Assembly: GCA_964621995.1 (NCBI GenBank)
Contig: CAZUPH010000001.1
Coordinates: forward strand, 2,482 to 66,481
Length of the DNA stretch: 64,000 nucleotides
Direction: 5' to 3'
Origin: an uncultured Rubrivivax sp.
Lineage (GTDB): Bacteria > Pseudomonadota > Gammaproteobacteria > Burkholderiales > Burkholderiaceae_C
The position numbers and the translations under genes were made by a program. Each line of letters starts with the position of its first letter. Position 1 is the stretch's first letter. Below the pieces are notes generated by a model, which saw only the letters and a list, made by a program, of their open reading frames with translations, did no database searches and had not been told where the DNA came from. Below, in pieces: positions 63,369 to 64,000 of the stretch.

Positions 63369-64000
63369 GCCCGCTCCCAGGCGTGATAGCGCCCGACCCA
63401 CCGCAGCAGCGTCTGCGGCGCATGGGCACGCTTCCATTCGCCGGCCGCGTACTTGTTGGCCTCGGCCAGCGTGGGATAGGTGTGGATGGTGCCCAGGATC
63501 TTGTTCAGCCCCAGGCCGTGCTTCATGGCCAGCACGTACTCGGCCAGCAGGTCGCCGGCGTGCTCGCCGACGATGGTCACGCCCAGGATGCGGTCCTTGC
63601 CCGGCACGGTGAGCACCTTGACGAAGCCGTGCGCCGTGCCGTCGGCGATGGCGCGGTCGAGGTCGTCGATGCCGTACCGGGTCACTTCGACCGCGATGCC
63701 TTGCTCCTTCGCCTCGGTCTCGCTCAGGCCCACGCGCGCCACCTCGGGGTCGGTGAAGGTGGCCCAGGGGATCACGCGGTAGTCGGCCTTGAAGCGGCGG
63801 AAGCGCCCGAACAGCGCGTTGACCGCGGCATACCAGGCCTGGTGCGCCGCCGTGTGCGTGAACTGGAACGGGCCGGCGACGTCGCCCACGGCGTAGATGT
63901 TGGGGTACCGCGTCTGCAGGTAGGCGTTGGTCTCGATGGTCTTGCGCGGCGTGAGCGGGATGCCCAGTTCCTCCAGGCCGTAGCCGGTGACGCGCGGGCT
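63365..64000 (-). CDS. FAD-dependent pyridine nucleotide-disulfide oxidoreductase (LpdA/MerA-like), C-terminal part (partial)
   Basis: IYAVGDVAGPFQFTHTAAHQA, IPWATFTDPEVARVGLSE, ILGVTIVG..AG, IHTYPTLAE; no C-terminal Cys-Cys. Confidence 0.92.
   Translation of the reverse strand, partial: SPRVTGYGLEELGIPLTPRKTIETNAYLQTRYPNIYAVGDVAGPFQFTHTAAHQAWYAAVNALFGRFRRFKADYRVIPWATFTDPEVARVGLSETEAKEQGIAVEVTRYGIDDLDRAIADGTAHGFVKVLTVPGKDRILGVTIVGEHAGDLLAEYVLAMKHGLGLNKILGTIHTYPTLAEANKYAAGEWKRAHAPQTLLRWVGRYHAWERA

Noticed and set aside
63365-64000. Mercuric reductase merA
   Set aside because: Lacks the C-terminal Cys-Cys pair, has an LpdA-type HxxxxE motif (HTYPTLAE), and no mer genes are adjacent in the window.
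58055-64000. Selenocysteine (UGA) read-through in the selenodomain-associated-type operon
   Set aside because: The TGA stops seen are ordinary ends, mostly overlapping the next start codon; no in-frame UGA at a Cys-motif position was found.
1-64000. CRISPR arrays, tRNA/rRNA genes, intact transposases or integrases
   Set aside because: No regularly spaced repeat-spacer array, RNA gene signature or DDE/tyrosine recombinase ORF was recognised by eye.

Overview
Very GC-rich bacterial window; the gene content (PEP-CTERM genes, an EpsA-type LuxR regulator, a Bug/TctC protein) suggests a Burkholderiales-type betaproteobacterium (inference). Four blocks. (1) 1-34.5 kb is a cell-surface/floc-matrix locus: three PEP-CTERM proteins (one an ExeM/NucH-like nuclease), a 3626-aa filamentous-haemagglutinin-family protein with its ShlB/FhaC partner, a secreted PstS-like protein, an operon of DUF2341-ExbB, two ExbD, TonB-like, putative porin, coiled-coil and ankyrin genes, an EpsA-like regulator and a Wzx/Wzy-type EPS cluster. 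A repeated 16-bp palindrome (TRRTCC-GAAN-GGACYA) lies upstream of most of these units, suggesting one regulon. (2) 34.7-52.1 kb is accessory DNA (Bug, glyoxalase, wHTH-TPR regulator, EF-hand protein, sterol desaturase, repeat protein, RND pump, OmpR-type two-component system, a duplicated 44-bp operator), ending at an orphan copy of the yicC 3' end (QVQNIE*) that looks like an island att site. (3) 52.1-58 kb has a RIO1-type kinase, a membrane protein, and dbpA coupled to a TIR-TM-helical protein. (4) 58-64 kb is an operon resembling arsenosugar-type (rSAM/selenodomain-associated) clusters: flavin disulfide reductase, DUF547, a collapsed glycosyltransferase remnant, a DUF2064 transferase, a PhnCDE-type ABC transporter with an HtxB-like binding protein, and an atypical Cys-rich metallophosphoesterase. 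No rRNA, tRNA, CRISPR array or intact integrase/transposase was seen. Family assignments come from motif recognition and recall, not from database searches.
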